Positions 10,963-20,724 of a stretch of 64,000 bases of DNA are shown here, in pieces. This DNA is from a virus (Duplodnaviria > Heunggongvirae > Uroviricota > Caudoviricetes): IMG/VR virus record IMGVR_UViG_2526164662_000021, positions 32,574-96,573 of that record; one strand, written 5' to 3'. The position numbers and the translations under genes were made by a program. Each line of letters opens with the position of its first letter. The stretch's first letter is position 1. The notes under the pieces were generated by a model. The model was not told the origin of the DNA. It ran no database searches and saw nothing but the letters and a program-made list of their open reading frames with translations.

Positions 10963-11134
10963 GTATTTTTAAGTCACGAATGCTATCTTTTCGCATCATA
11001 TTGACCTTTTAATCGTTCAGGCTTATAGTTCCGCCGTCGTAGCAAATTCTGCGACCGGGTTTAGCAGCCTGAATGATTGTGCGGACAGCCGCAGATATCC
11101 GATATTGCGGTATTTTTGTGTCCGTAAAACCGCG

Positions 11135-11215
11135 TTACGCCCAAATTATGGTGGGGCGTGATGGGGAGGCTTCGGCCTGCTGGTTTCACAATCGCCAGTC
11201 TGCTAACCCCGTCAC
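11135..11215 (+). ncRNA. c4: c4-like antisense RNA (approximate bounds)
   Basis: Segment CACAATCG...CTGCTAACC is complementary to two repeated target pairs GTTTAGCAGC/TGATTGTG at 11059-11081 and 11228-11266, the second covering the icd ribosome-binding region. Confidence 0.45.
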
Positions 11216-11276
11216 GTCCTGCCACCTGTTTAGCAGCGGGTAGCAGGTTGTTAAACCTGATTGTGAGGCCGTAACT

Positions 11277-11498
11277 ATGGTTAATGCCAATCCTTGCGCA
11301 CGCCCAGAATTCATCTGGCGTTTCTATTCCTGTAAAAAACACCACTATCACTTCGTTATCGCAGCAACTGAAGACGAAGCACGCTCTCAATTGCCTGATG
11401 GCCCCTGCATTTTTACTGCCCGTTTTTCAACTAACTCGCGCAATTCACTTAGTTACTGGAGCCTCCCCTTCTCTGCCGACGTTCAGGGGGGTTTATGA
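11277..11498 (+). CDS. icd: Icd-like cell-division interference protein, 73 aa
   Basis: 73-aa ORF overlapping start of ant; follows the c4-like RNA region; a paralog occurs at 61072-61293. Confidence 0.65.
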   Translation: MVNANPCARPEFIWRFYSCKKHHYHFVIAATEDEARSQLPDGPCIFTARFSTNSRNSLSYWSLPFSADVQGGL

Positions 11499-12538
11499 AA
11501 AAACCTCTCGTCACCCGTAATGACATAGCCGAAGCGATCGCCCTGCATACTGCCTGTATACCGACACGGGAGATCCCCGGCGCAATTGCCAACTATTTCA
11601 TGATAACCAGGCGTTTTTATACCCGAACAGATAAGGCTGTGATCAACAGGCTACTGATAGCCGAGATCAGGGATTATTTGATTGAACAAGGACGTCTACG
11701 TTACGCAACGGTGGCAGCAGAAATGAGAAAGGAGGCACATAGAATGACCAGTAATAATTTGAATGTTAAAAAACCAGCACCTGTTGCTTCAGCAACGCCA
11801 GCACCAGCCGTGAATGTCATCCCCACCACCGGAGACACAATCGACAGCCTGACACTGTTAAAGATGGTCAATGAAGCGCGTAAGTTATGTGGGGAACCAG
11901 AGGTTCGGAACAACAAATTCATCGAAAAAATACTCGACGAATTAGAAGGTGAGGACGGTTACACAAAAAGTGCAACCGTGCCGCCAGGTGGCGGTACGCC
12001 TATGGTTGTCATAACCATGACCTACAAACAAGCCCTGCGAGTCGCCGCGCGCGAATCGAAAGCGGTCCGCCGTTCGCTGATCGACAAACTGGAAGAATTG
12101 CAGCAGGCAAACTCCCCTACCCCATCGATCCCCCAAACATTACCAGAAGCCCTACGCCTGGCTGCCGAGTTGGCAGAACAGAAATTGCAGCTGGAACAAC
12201 AGCTGGTGGCCGCAGCCCCTAAAGTCGATTTTGCCGACCGGGTATCAGTGGCTAATGGAATCCTGATCGGGAACTTTGCAAAGGTCGTTGGACTTAAGCA
12301 AAACGCCCTTTTCTCATGGTTGCGCCAGAACGGCATTCTCATGGCTTTTGGTGCGCGCAAAAACGTACCGCGCCAGCAGTACATTAACGCCGGGTATTTC
12401 ACGGTGAAAGAAGTGGTGCTGGATGATGAAAATGGCTACCAGATACGGCTGACGCCCCAATTAACGGGTAAAGGCCAGCAGTGGTTAACTCGCAAGCTAC
12501 TTGATGCTGGTTTGTTAAAACCAGTAGCAATAGGTTAA
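11495..12538 (+). CDS. ant1: antirepressor Ant1 (347 aa; internal in-frame start would give Ant2)
   Basis: 347-aa ORF; C-terminal domain shared with KilA and with the second Ant-like ORF (…APKVDFADRVSVA…GKGQQWL…). Confidence 0.7.
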   Translation: MKKPLVTRNDIAEAIALHTACIPTREIPGAIANYFMITRRFYTRTDKAVINRLLIAEIRDYLIEQGRLRYATVAAEMRKEAHRMTSNNLNVKKPAPVASATPAPAVNVIPTTGDTIDSLTLLKMVNEARKLCGEPEVRNNKFIEKILDELEGEDGYTKSATVPPGGGTPMVVITMTYKQALRVAARESKAVRRSLIDKLEELQQANSPTPSIPQTLPEALRLAAELAEQKLQLEQQLVAAAPKVDFADRVSVANGILIGNFAKVVGLKQNALFSWLRQNGILMAFGARKNVPRQQYINAGYFTVKEVVLDDENGYQIRLTPQLTGKGQQWLTRKLLDAGLLKPVAIG

Positions 12539-12548
12539 CAAAAGAAAA

Positions 12549-12575
12549 AACCTGCCAGCAAACTGGCAGGTTTCT
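12549..12575 (+). terminator. rho-independent terminator after ant
   Basis: Hairpin CCTGCCAG-CAAA-CTGGCAGG followed by TTTCT. Confidence 0.5.
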
Positions 12576-12615
12576 GAGCAGATCGACCAACCCGATCTGG
12601 ATCGAGTCAGAAAAA

Positions 12616-12632
12616 TTTGCTCTAATAAATTT
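12616..12632 (+). promoter_or_regulatory. C1 operator-like site upstream of kilA-repL
   Basis: tTTGCTCTAATAAATTT. Confidence 0.6.
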
Positions 12633-12701
12633 CGTTTTCTAAGTGCAAAGAATCACCATTCCGAGCTGGTGATTGAAGGTTGATGCAAATTTGGAGAAAA
12701 A

Positions 12702-13502
12702 ATGCAACAAACATTCAATGCGGATATGAATATATCAAACCTTCATCAAAATGTCGATCCTTCAACCACTCTGCCTGTTATTTGTGGTGTTGAAATTACG
12801 ACCGACCGCGCTGGCCGTTACAACCTTAATGCTCTACACAGAGCGAGCGGACTCGGTGCCCATAAAGCGCCAGCTCAATGGCTAAGAACGCTGTCAGCCA
12901 AACAGCTCATCGAAGAGCTTGAAAAAGAAACTATGCAGAATTGCATAGTTTCGTTCGAAGGCCGTGGCGGCGGCACTTTTGCCCATGAATTGCTCGCTGT
13001 GGAGTACGCAGGCTGGATTTCTCCCGCGTTTCGGCTGAAGGTAAACCAGACATTTATCGACTATCGAGCCGGAAGATTACAACCTGCTATTCCGCAGAGT
13101 CTCCCTGAAGCTCTCCGTTTGGCTGCCGACCTGGCAGAGCAAAAGCAACGGCTGGAGCAAAAAATGCTTATGGATGCACCTAAAGTCGAATTCGCCGAAC
13201 GCGTTGCTACCGCCAGCGGGGTTCTAATCGGCAACTATGCCAAAGTGCTCGGCCTGGGCCAAAACTATCTCTTCACCTGGTTGCGTGATAACGGAATTCT
13301 GATCGCAACCGGTGAACGCAGGAACGTCCCCAAACAAGAATACATATCCCGTGGGTATTTCACCCTTAAAGAAACCGTGATCGATACAAGCAATGGAAGC
13401 AGGATTTCTTTCACGACTCGTATAACCGGCAAAGGTCAGCAGTGGCTTATGAAGCGATTGCTTGATGCTGGTGTGCTGGTGCCTGTCGCGGCGACGCGCT
13501 AA
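12702..13502 (+). CDS. kilA: KilA (KilA-N domain plus Ant-like C-terminal domain), 266 aa
   Basis: 266-aa ORF; C-terminal 150 aa paralogous to Ant C-terminus; preceded by operator. Confidence 0.7.
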   Translation: MQQTFNADMNISNLHQNVDPSTTLPVICGVEITTDRAGRYNLNALHRASGLGAHKAPAQWLRTLSAKQLIEELEKETMQNCIVSFEGRGGGTFAHELLAVEYAGWISPAFRLKVNQTFIDYRAGRLQPAIPQSLPEALRLAADLAEQKQRLEQKMLMDAPKVEFAERVATASGVLIGNYAKVLGLGQNYLFTWLRDNGILIATGERRNVPKQEYISRGYFTLKETVIDTSNGSRISFTTRITGKGQQWLMKRLLDAGVLVPVAATR

Positions 13503-13531
13503 CAGACGTAGTAAGAACCACCAGCATTGTA

Positions 13532-14377
13532 ATGCTGGCTAAAGTCACTTTCCTGAGCTGTATAACGATGAGCGATTTTACTTTTTCTGGCTATGAATTG
13601 GCCTGCTTTGTAACACACTCCGGTCTATCCCGTAGCGCCGGGCATATCCTGTCGCAATGTGCAAATCTCGCGGCAACAACCAGTGAATACTTCATTCACA
13701 AGCCTCACCGCCTGCTCGCGGCAGAAACTGGTTATAGCCAATCAACCGTCGTTCGTGCATTCCGTGAAGCTGTAAACAAAGGAATCCTGTCTGTAGAGAT
13801 TGTTATCGGCGATCACCGTGAACGTCGCGCTAACCTGTACCGGTTTACACCATCCTTTTTGGCCTTCGCACAACAAGCCAAAAATGCGCTGATTGAAAGC
13901 AAATTAAAGATCTCTTCAGCGGCAACCAAGGTTAAAGCTGTTCTCGCTAAGACATTGGCTTTATTTAATTTTTTATCCACACCCCCATGTCAAAATGATA
14001 CCCCCTCCCCCTGTCAGGATGACGTGGCAATAAAGAATAAGAAGTCACAAGTTAAAAAAACAAAAAGATCAGTTTCCGGCGGTGCCGGAACGACCAGACT
14101 CAAAAAATTGACTTCATGGATCGCTGAGGCAAAAGCAAAGGCTGACAATCTGCGGTTATCCAAAAAACGCGCTCAAAAACATGAGTTCAAGCAGAAAGTA
14201 GAGGCGGCAGCGCGGAAATATGCTTACCTGAAGGACAAGCGTTCTCCTGATATTGGCGGGATATCAAACTTCGATAATCTGCCGCATTGCATGACGGTAA
14301 ACGAAGCTCTTAATGCGGTTTTAGCCAAAAATAAAGATAACGAACAATGGGGTATACCGGCAGGATTCAGAGGGTGA
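13532..14377 (+). CDS. repL: lytic replication initiator RepL-like, 281 aa
   Basis: 281-aa ORF immediately after kilA as in P1 kilA-repL operon. Confidence 0.65.
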   Translation: MLAKVTFLSCITMSDFTFSGYELACFVTHSGLSRSAGHILSQCANLAATTSEYFIHKPHRLLAAETGYSQSTVVRAFREAVNKGILSVEIVIGDHRERRANLYRFTPSFLAFAQQAKNALIESKLKISSAATKVKAVLAKTLALFNFLSTPPCQNDTPSPCQDDVAIKNKKSQVKKTKRSVSGGAGTTRLKKLTSWIAEAKAKADNLRLSKKRAQKHEFKQKVEAAARKYAYLKDKRSPDIGGISNFDNLPHCMTVNEALNAVLAKNKDNEQWGIPAGFRG

Positions 14378-14639
14378 TAGATTGCTCTAATCTGGAGTCA
14401 CCTGGCGTTTTCAGTTTGAGGTCGGAGATGCAATCTGATTTTTTACAGTTAGCGATCGCTTTTGCAGGGCATCTTTGAGACATATCCATATATAAAAACC
14501 CAAAGCCAGATCAAAACTTGTACTGATAAAAACACAGCTAACCATCACAACTTGTAACGTTTATAATGAGTAAAAGAGTGATACATTGCTACTTTTACAT
14601 ATTTTTGACTCAATTCATGGATAGTAATGGAGATGCATA

Positions 14640-15695
14640 ATGACTTATGCTGGCACACAAACAGCAGATAACGCCGGGGATACCATGAAATCGTATGCTA
14701 TTTGGAATAATAAAGGTGGCGTAGGAAAGACCTACTTATCTTTCGCTATGGCCTGTGAATACGCAAGGCAAAATCCAGAAAAGCGTATTATTTTTGCAGA
14801 TATGTGTCCGCAGGCTAACTTATCTGAAATATTGCTCGGCGGTAACGGTACTGGTGCTGCTAACCTCGCGAGCTTAATTCAACAACGAAAAACTGTCGGT
14901 GGGTACTTTGACAGAAGAACTCGCAGCCCCCACATGCTTACCGGTTCAGAAACAAGTTTCTTAATTCATGTCTCTGAAATTAACGGGCATGTCCCTGACA
15001 ATGTATTTTTGATTGCAGGCGACCCAAGCCTGGAAGTTCAGGCGCAAGTAATCAATCAGTTAAGCAGCGTAAACTTACCAGTTGACTCATGGAAAAGCAT
15101 CCACCTGTGGCTACGAGATTTGCTTGTTGCATGTGCACAACAACAAGGTATCGAAGAAACCATTTGCTTTATTGATTGCAACCCCAGTTTCTCTGCCTAT
15201 ACCGAACTATCACTGATAGCAGCAAATGCAATTATAATACCTTGCTCAAGTGATGGTTCTTCGGCTCGAGCAGTGGATAACCTAAGCCAGTTGGTTTATG
15301 GCGTTGGAGTACAAAACGATTATCGTTCTGTTAACTTTTACGATCGGTGTCAACAGTTTGGTCTAGCGGTTCCTGTCATTCATTCTCTAGTTTTTAATCG
15401 TTCGACAGAGTATGACAAACGAGCAAGTAAAGCGTTTTCGGCAATGTTCGACGAAATCAGGGATAGAGCTGAAAATCTGCGGACGAATAAACCAACAGCG
15501 TTCCAAGGCGGAAATTTAAAAACGTTTACTGTGCCAGATAACCATTCCGTAGCTATAGTATCTTCCCATCTAGGAAGACCTCTATTTGATATAAAACCCG
15601 GCAGATATCAGATCCATGACACTGAGCCACAAATCAATAATGAACCATTAGAAAGATATGGTGCAGCAATTGAACGTCTTGTTCAGAGTTTATAG
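14640..15695 (+). CDS. ParA/MinD-family P-loop ATPase, 351 aa (orphan; possibly P1 rlfA position)
   Basis: Deviant Walker A NNKGGVGKT near N-terminus, DCNPS Walker-B-like; lower GC than backbone; own promoter-like region and terminator. Confidence 0.65.
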   Translation: MTYAGTQTADNAGDTMKSYAIWNNKGGVGKTYLSFAMACEYARQNPEKRIIFADMCPQANLSEILLGGNGTGAANLASLIQQRKTVGGYFDRRTRSPHMLTGSETSFLIHVSEINGHVPDNVFLIAGDPSLEVQAQVINQLSSVNLPVDSWKSIHLWLRDLLVACAQQQGIEETICFIDCNPSFSAYTELSLIAANAIIIPCSSDGSSARAVDNLSQLVYGVGVQNDYRSVNFYDRCQQFGLAVPVIHSLVFNRSTEYDKRASKAFSAMFDEIRDRAENLRTNKPTAFQGGNLKTFTVPDNHSVAIVSSHLGRPLFDIKPGRYQIHDTEPQINNEPLERYGAAIERLVQSL

Positions 15696-15720
15696 TGGCT
15701 TATCTCAGTCATAATGGCTG

Positions 15721-15756
15721 AAAAAAGGCTGCAACAGAGGTTGCAGCCTTTTTTAT
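15721..15756. terminator. bidirectional rho-independent terminator
   Basis: AGGCTGCAAC-AGAGG-TTGCAGCCT flanked by A-run and T-run. Confidence 0.6.
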
Positions 15757-15765
15757 AAAATTACA

Positions 15766-16056
15766 TTAACAGATTGGTAGCGATAGTAAATTATTATTCC
15801 ATCGATTGTCTGCATACGTTCTAATAAACTGCCTTCCACCATTACCAGGATTAACGACCCCAACTTCTACACGATTACCTGCATTATCTGTTACATAGAA
15901 TGTATGGAGATTATTATCAATAGCATTAATCACCTGCTCAACAGTCCATTTCCCATTGCCAGTATTAAATTGAGGACTTCCCACATGAGTAATATGCTCA
16001 TGGATTGATTGCGAGCCGGAGAGGGTAATGCAAGTAATGCGTACATCAGCCATATA
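15766..16056 (-). CDS. small hypothetical protein, about 96 aa (start at internal Met MADVRIT...)
   Basis: ORF track 15766-16137; RBS-like AGGAAG before the internal ATG; AT-rich. Confidence 0.45.
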   Translation of the reverse strand, partial: YMADVRITCITLSGSQSIHEHITHVGSPQFNTGNGKWTVEQVINAIDNNLHTFYVTDNAGNRVEVGVVNPGNGGRQFIRTYADNRWNNNLLSLPIC

Positions 16057-16343
16057 TACTTCCTTTATTCTATAGATTATAGGAATTGTGCCGCCTAAAA
16101 AACAAACAGCACAATAACAATAAAGAAACATACACACAACAAAAACTAACGCTATTTATTGATAGATTTGCCTGATGAATACTAGCTCTCTTTGCTACCT
16201 AGCACTCAAACAAATAACAGAAGAAAGCCCCAGATAACATTACGCGTCCGGCAAGACGCTTAACATTAATCTGAGGCCACATCTATGCTTAGCATACGTA
16301 GATTAACCCTCTCCCCTTTTAAGGGGTAAGGAATTTTTTACTG

Positions 16344-16976
16344 CTATGCCGCCTTTCCAGTTATGGATTCAGCGACCAGAACAACCCCATGCTTACTTCG
16401 ATCTGGGTGTTCACTCCATATCTCGGATTCAGGAATACTTACCCCGTCATAGCAAACACGTTCGCCGTCAAACGGGTAATACTGAGCGGCATCGGTGTCG
16501 AGGATAAACACTTTTAGCTCGGAAGAGCGACGGGCGATGTGTTGCCAAAGAGCTTTTCCACCTTCGTATTGCTCATTATCACTGAGCAAAACAACACCAG
16601 CTTTTGAGGCTACGGTTTCGTAAACAAAAGTAGCTAAACCTACATCCCGGACAGTTCCATCAACCACAATACCTTCAATCTGGGCAACATCGCTATCCTC
16701 CCAAAACTTCCTTACCAGTACGCCTTCAAGCTGCGGACGACGTTGAAGTTCAAGAGTAGCGACAACCTTATGGCGCATATCACCATCGATAACAGAAGGC
16801 GCAGCCTCTATTACAGCTGCAAATGGGGTTTTGGAATCCCATATAACCTGGTAAAGCACACCCTGGATGGTAACTCCGTCCAGGATCGAAAATCGACGAG
16901 CGACAGTACCCGGGGAGTACGACATTGGAATCACAGCCATTTTAGAGTCCCCCTTTAACAGTACAGGCACAAACAT
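16344..16976 (-). CDS. hypothetical protein, 210 aa
   Basis: ORF track; own terminator-like hairpin downstream. Confidence 0.5.
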   Translation of the reverse strand: MFVPVLLKGDSKMAVIPMSYSPGTVARRFSILDGVTIQGVLYQVIWDSKTPFAAVIEAAPSVIDGDMRHKVVATLELQRRPQLEGVLVRKFWEDSDVAQIEGIVVDGTVRDVGLATFVYETVASKAGVVLLSDNEQYEGGKALWQHIARRSSELKVFILDTDAAQYYPFDGERVCYDGVSIPESEIWSEHPDRSKHGVVLVAESITGKAA

Positions 16977-17111
16977 CTACCTCAATAATTGTAGTTTATT
17001 AGAACATTAATAATCTAACATAAAACTCCAGACAATGTTATCGATGCATTTTTATATAAAATAGTTATAAAAAAAGCTCCCGTAGGAGCTTTAAAATACA
17101 AGGGATGACTC

Positions 17112-17621
17112 TTAATCCCAATCAATCCAGTTGTAGACGATACGAAGTGACGGGCGCACAGCGGCAGTCACATCTTCGGTACTAAAGTCGATTGCATCAC
17201 TGTAGATTTTGCAGTCCAACATTTCAATTGTTGTAGCAGCTTTTGTCACAGCGTTAACCCCGGAAGATTTGGATTCAGGGGTCGCAGCCATCGTGATATC
17301 AACATAGTCCTTCGCCGCAATGCGATCCTTAATGAACTGAAGAATATCACCTTCGATAGTCTCCACGCACTGGACCTGGATTTCCCCAGAGTTTCGAATT
17401 GGACCGTGCTGGTTGAACTTCACACCATTCGGACCATAGTCCTCCACATCCTCGCGGGTCATTTCAGGGATTTGCGACGTGCGAACCAGTACGCTGATAT
17501 CTTCATGGCCAGCAAAAGTGAGCTGGAATTCAGAAGATACCAGTCGTTCACCTTTGGCCGCGTTGGCAGTATAGCGGCCCTTAATAAATTTACGGTTTCC
17601 CTTAGTGTTATTGTGCCCCAT
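17112..17621 (-). CDS. late structural protein, 169 aa (last gene of head/tail late operon)
   Basis: ORF track; terminator hairpin at about 17070-17095 downstream. Confidence 0.55.
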   Translation of the reverse strand: MGHNNTKGNRKFIKGRYTANAAKGERLVSSEFQLTFAGHEDISVLVRTSQIPEMTREDVEDYGPNGVKFNQHGPIRNSGEIQVQCVETIEGDILQFIKDRIAAKDYVDITMAATPESKSSGVNAVTKAATTIEMLDCKIYSDAIDFSTEDVTAAVRPSLRIVYNWIDWD

Positions 17622-17632
17622 ATAAAATCCTT

Positions 17633-18214
17633 TTACTGGAACGCCCGAACAATATCGGAGCTGTTATATATCGAAGAACCGGTCAACTGGAGGTTGACGG
17701 TGTTTTTCAGGAAATATCCATTACTGTCCCTTGGCGCATCGAGATCAAAACTTAAGTCCTGGATGGCGACATCGGTGATGTTGATCCGGCGACCAATGTT
17801 TAGCGTCACGCGCTCCGGGATTCGACCACCAACATTGGCCGCTTTTAGTTCCGGGCTAATCATGGCTGTCAACGCGGCGATAGCGCCTGAAACTTCAATG
17901 AATGGATTGTTCAAAGCAATGAAAGTTACAGGCAGCGTGAACGTCGGCGGAGTCCCCCCTTCCCAAACCATTAAGCTATTCCAACGGGCAACCGATGTTG
18001 TTTCAGTACCTACTTGCACAAAACCACCCAGAGCACCAGAAACAGATCCCATGGACATACCGGTAAACGGCGCTTCCCAATTCTGGGCCATGTTCATTGC
18101 CGCTCCCTGGCTGATATATCCGGTAACCTGGTACTGAGAGTTCGTTAAAGTAACTTTCAGATATGGCGATACACCGTCAGCCTGGCTGTAAACCCCATAA
18201 GGTATAGGTGCCAT
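17633..18214 (-). CDS. late structural protein, 193 aa
   Basis: ORF track; packed in operon. Confidence 0.55.
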   Translation of the reverse strand: MAPIPYGVYSQADGVSPYLKVTLTNSQYQVTGYISQGAAMNMAQNWEAPFTGMSMGSVSGALGGFVQVGTETTSVARWNSLMVWEGGTPPTFTLPVTFIALNNPFIEVSGAIAALTAMISPELKAANVGGRIPERVTLNIGRRINITDVAIQDLSFDLDAPRDSNGYFLKNTVNLQLTGSSIYNSSDIVRAFQ

Positions 18215-18249
18215 TCAAGTTAAAGGCCGGAGTTCTCCGGCCTCCTCCT

Positions 18250-19065
18250 TTAGCCAAGGCGCTTACGGCGCAGTTTCATTGACTTTTTGCGGGCAAGTTT
18301 TGCCGCGCCGGTCTGGGCTTTTCGACGCGCTTTTTTCAGCGCCGATTTTTGAGCCGCAGTCAGACGTTTTTTACGCAGGCGTTTACGGATGAGTTTGATC
18401 TCACCGTTACGAACAACCTTCTTAAATGCTTCAGTCAGCATTTCATCAGAAGTGCCAGCAACAACAAACGCCGCTTCCAGTTCGTCACGGTCGTCGCTAT
18501 CTAAACCAGCGATAGAGGCACCAACATCAGCGGCTGCGTCGTCGTCTTCATCGTCAGCCAGTGCTTCGATCAGGTCATCATCTACACCGCATGCTGCGAG
18601 GAAGTCAGCAACATTTGCCCATGCTTCGTTATAGGCATCGTCCTGTTCTTCTGTAACTTCGGAGTCGTCGTCATCAGAGATACCAGCGATAGCCTGAACG
18701 AAACCATCAAGGGAGTCGAAAGTCAGATCACCGCTATCAGCCCAGGCGAAAACGGCGTCGGCCGCATCACTCAACGCATTCTGCATAGCACTTCGATTTG
18801 CAGCTTCCAGAATCATCTGGTGCGCCTGTTCGACGGTCCATTCTTTACCGTCTTTCCCTTCCAGGATTTGCTCAGGAGCCGGGGCAGATGGAACGTTATC
18901 GTTAGTCTGTGCCGCCGGTTCCGGATTATTATTAATAACCGGATCTGTTGGCGGTTCGGCGCTTGCTCGGGCAGACTCCATCAGCTGCACAGGATCAGAG
19001 TTCAAAGCGAAACGGGACAGTCCATTCCCCAAAAATGCCCCGGATTGAAAAAAGTTTTTGCTCAT
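18250..19065 (-). CDS. late protein with acidic core and highly basic C-terminal tail, 271 aa (P1 gene 21 position)
   Basis: C-terminus KKVVRNGEIKLIRKRLRKKRLTAAQKSALKKARRKAQ...; acidic stretch DDEDDDAAAD. Confidence 0.55.
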   Translation of the reverse strand: MSKNFFQSGAFLGNGLSRFALNSDPVQLMESARASAEPPTDPVINNNPEPAAQTNDNVPSAPAPEQILEGKDGKEWTVEQAHQMILEAANRSAMQNALSDAADAVFAWADSGDLTFDSLDGFVQAIAGISDDDDSEVTEEQDDAYNEAWANVADFLAACGVDDDLIEALADDEDDDAAADVGASIAGLDSDDRDELEAAFVVAGTSDEMLTEAFKKVVRNGEIKLIRKRLRKKRLTAAQKSALKKARRKAQTGAAKLARKKSMKLRRKRLG

Positions 19066-19074
19066 TGTATTCCC

Positions 19075-20664
19075 TTACTTAATAAGCAGCGGTACGCCCT
19101 GGATACGACGGGCTACGCCAGTCGGGCAGCAGGCCCAGACTACTTCCCATTTATCGAATTCCGCCTGCGTAACTTTCAGCACATACGGTTCTGTACCGTC
19201 AGCATCAGGATCACGAGGAGCCACCAGAGCGCCGGAGGCGACAAAGCGATCCAAAAGTTTGGTCATCCCTTTAGTCAGACCAGCGGCAGTAATACCGTCA
19301 GGGCTATGCTTCATCTGGCGGGCTAACTGGACAAAGAAACGGCTGATTGCATTCATCAGGGATGGGACGTGCTGGAAGTGCAGATAGTTATCCTGCGTGC
19401 AGCAAGTTAAAGCATCGTCGATGATCATCTGGCCAGAGGTGCCAACAGATACTTTATTGAGGCGGCCCTTAACCATTGCTTCTTCGTCCGGGGTATCTTC
19501 CGGATACAGCGGTTGAATTGACGCACGAGCAATGACGGCACGTTCTTCACCAGCCGGTGAGTAATGCCAACCGCCGACATCAGAGTTTTTCTTGACGCCA
19601 CGAGCTTTCGCCGCATACGCCGCGCCAGACAGACCGAAGACCACACGGGATTGGGTCCATTTGTCTTTGCAGGAGAACGGGAAGTGATAGACAGCACAGC
19701 TTACATAATCGGTACCAAGTAAACCGGTATCTTCAACAGCAGAGAGCGCTTCCGTATACGTCAATGTCGGTTTGACATCAAAGAAGCCATCAATCAGGCG
19801 ATCTGCACAGATTTTACCTAATGCGGTGATAGCCGCATTGTCATAGCAGCCCAGGCCGAGAACAGCGGTGTACATGTACGGCGCATTGTTCAGCACTTTC
19901 ACCGCACGCAGGTAAGCAGCAGTGGAAATGTTCGACTGATCGCCGTTGGTACCGCCAGTGAACGCCAGCGATTTTTTATTTGTTACTTTCGCCGTCGAAA
20001 TCAGCTCTTCATTAACAACCGCGCGCAGATATTTAGAACGGGCTTCCAGAGCCGTAGGCAGATAACACAAGCGGCCCATGTCATCTTTCGCTTCTTCCGC
20101 CAAAGACACAGTGTGTGTCTCCAGGGTCGTTACCACGCCGAGCGAAGTCGTCTGGGTCAGTTTTAAGAGGAAGCGTTCATTACCCGCGCTGTCCGCTGTT
20201 GCCGTTTCGATGGTTAACTCACGGGTAGGTGAAATACACGGATCACCATCATCAACGTAGATAGCAAAGGCTTCGCCACTATCAAGTTCAATTTCAGAAC
20301 CGTATGGCAACGCACTGTAAGCCGGTTCGCCTGATTCATCGAACATAATAATCGGGAACTTCGCATCATCCGGAACAGCACGAACAACATAACCTGACGT
20401 TTGCTGAATAGCTTCGTATACGTGGCGAATTGGTTCGAACTGTGAGCCGGAAGACGGCTTCAGCGGTTCGCCGAGAACATCTTCGTAATTGGACTCAGTA
20501 ACCGCAAGAACAGTAAACGGCTTGCCACGCGCAAATACGCCAATACCAGCCCACAAGCTGCTATTTAATGCAACACCGGTAGATAACGTCGCATCGGCAT
20601 TGATCGGGCTAACAGCGACGCCGGATGCATTACCTAATGACTGTTGAATTGAATATTGAGACAT
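19075..20664 (-). CDS. contractile tail sheath protein candidate (gene 22 position), 529 aa
   Basis: 529-aa ORF directly downstream of the 575-aa head gene; size and position fit a myovirus sheath. Confidence 0.6.
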   Translation of the reverse strand: MSQYSIQQSLGNASGVAVSPINADATLSTGVALNSSLWAGIGVFARGKPFTVLAVTESNYEDVLGEPLKPSSGSQFEPIRHVYEAIQQTSGYVVRAVPDDAKFPIIMFDESGEPAYSALPYGSEIELDSGEAFAIYVDDGDPCISPTRELTIETATADSAGNERFLLKLTQTTSLGVVTTLETHTVSLAEEAKDDMGRLCYLPTALEARSKYLRAVVNEELISTAKVTNKKSLAFTGGTNGDQSNISTAAYLRAVKVLNNAPYMYTAVLGLGCYDNAAITALGKICADRLIDGFFDVKPTLTYTEALSAVEDTGLLGTDYVSCAVYHFPFSCKDKWTQSRVVFGLSGAAYAAKARGVKKNSDVGGWHYSPAGEERAVIARASIQPLYPEDTPDEEAMVKGRLNKVSVGTSGQMIIDDALTCCTQDNYLHFQHVPSLMNAISRFFVQLARQMKHSPDGITAAGLTKGMTKLLDRFVASGALVAPRDPDADGTEPYVLKVTQAEFDKWEVVWACCPTGVARRIQGVPLLIK

Positions 20665-20724
20665 AACTTTCCCTGTTATGCGCCCCGCACGGGGGCGCTA
20701 TGTTAAACGGAGAACTTCCCCTGA

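Noticed and set aside
12022-12402. 126-aa minus-strand ORF inside ant1
   Set aside because: Antisense to a well-supported gene with a conserved paralog; no signals.
16997-17012. Weak operator-like sequence TTTATTAGAACA
   Set aside because: Too many mismatches to the 17-mer consensus.
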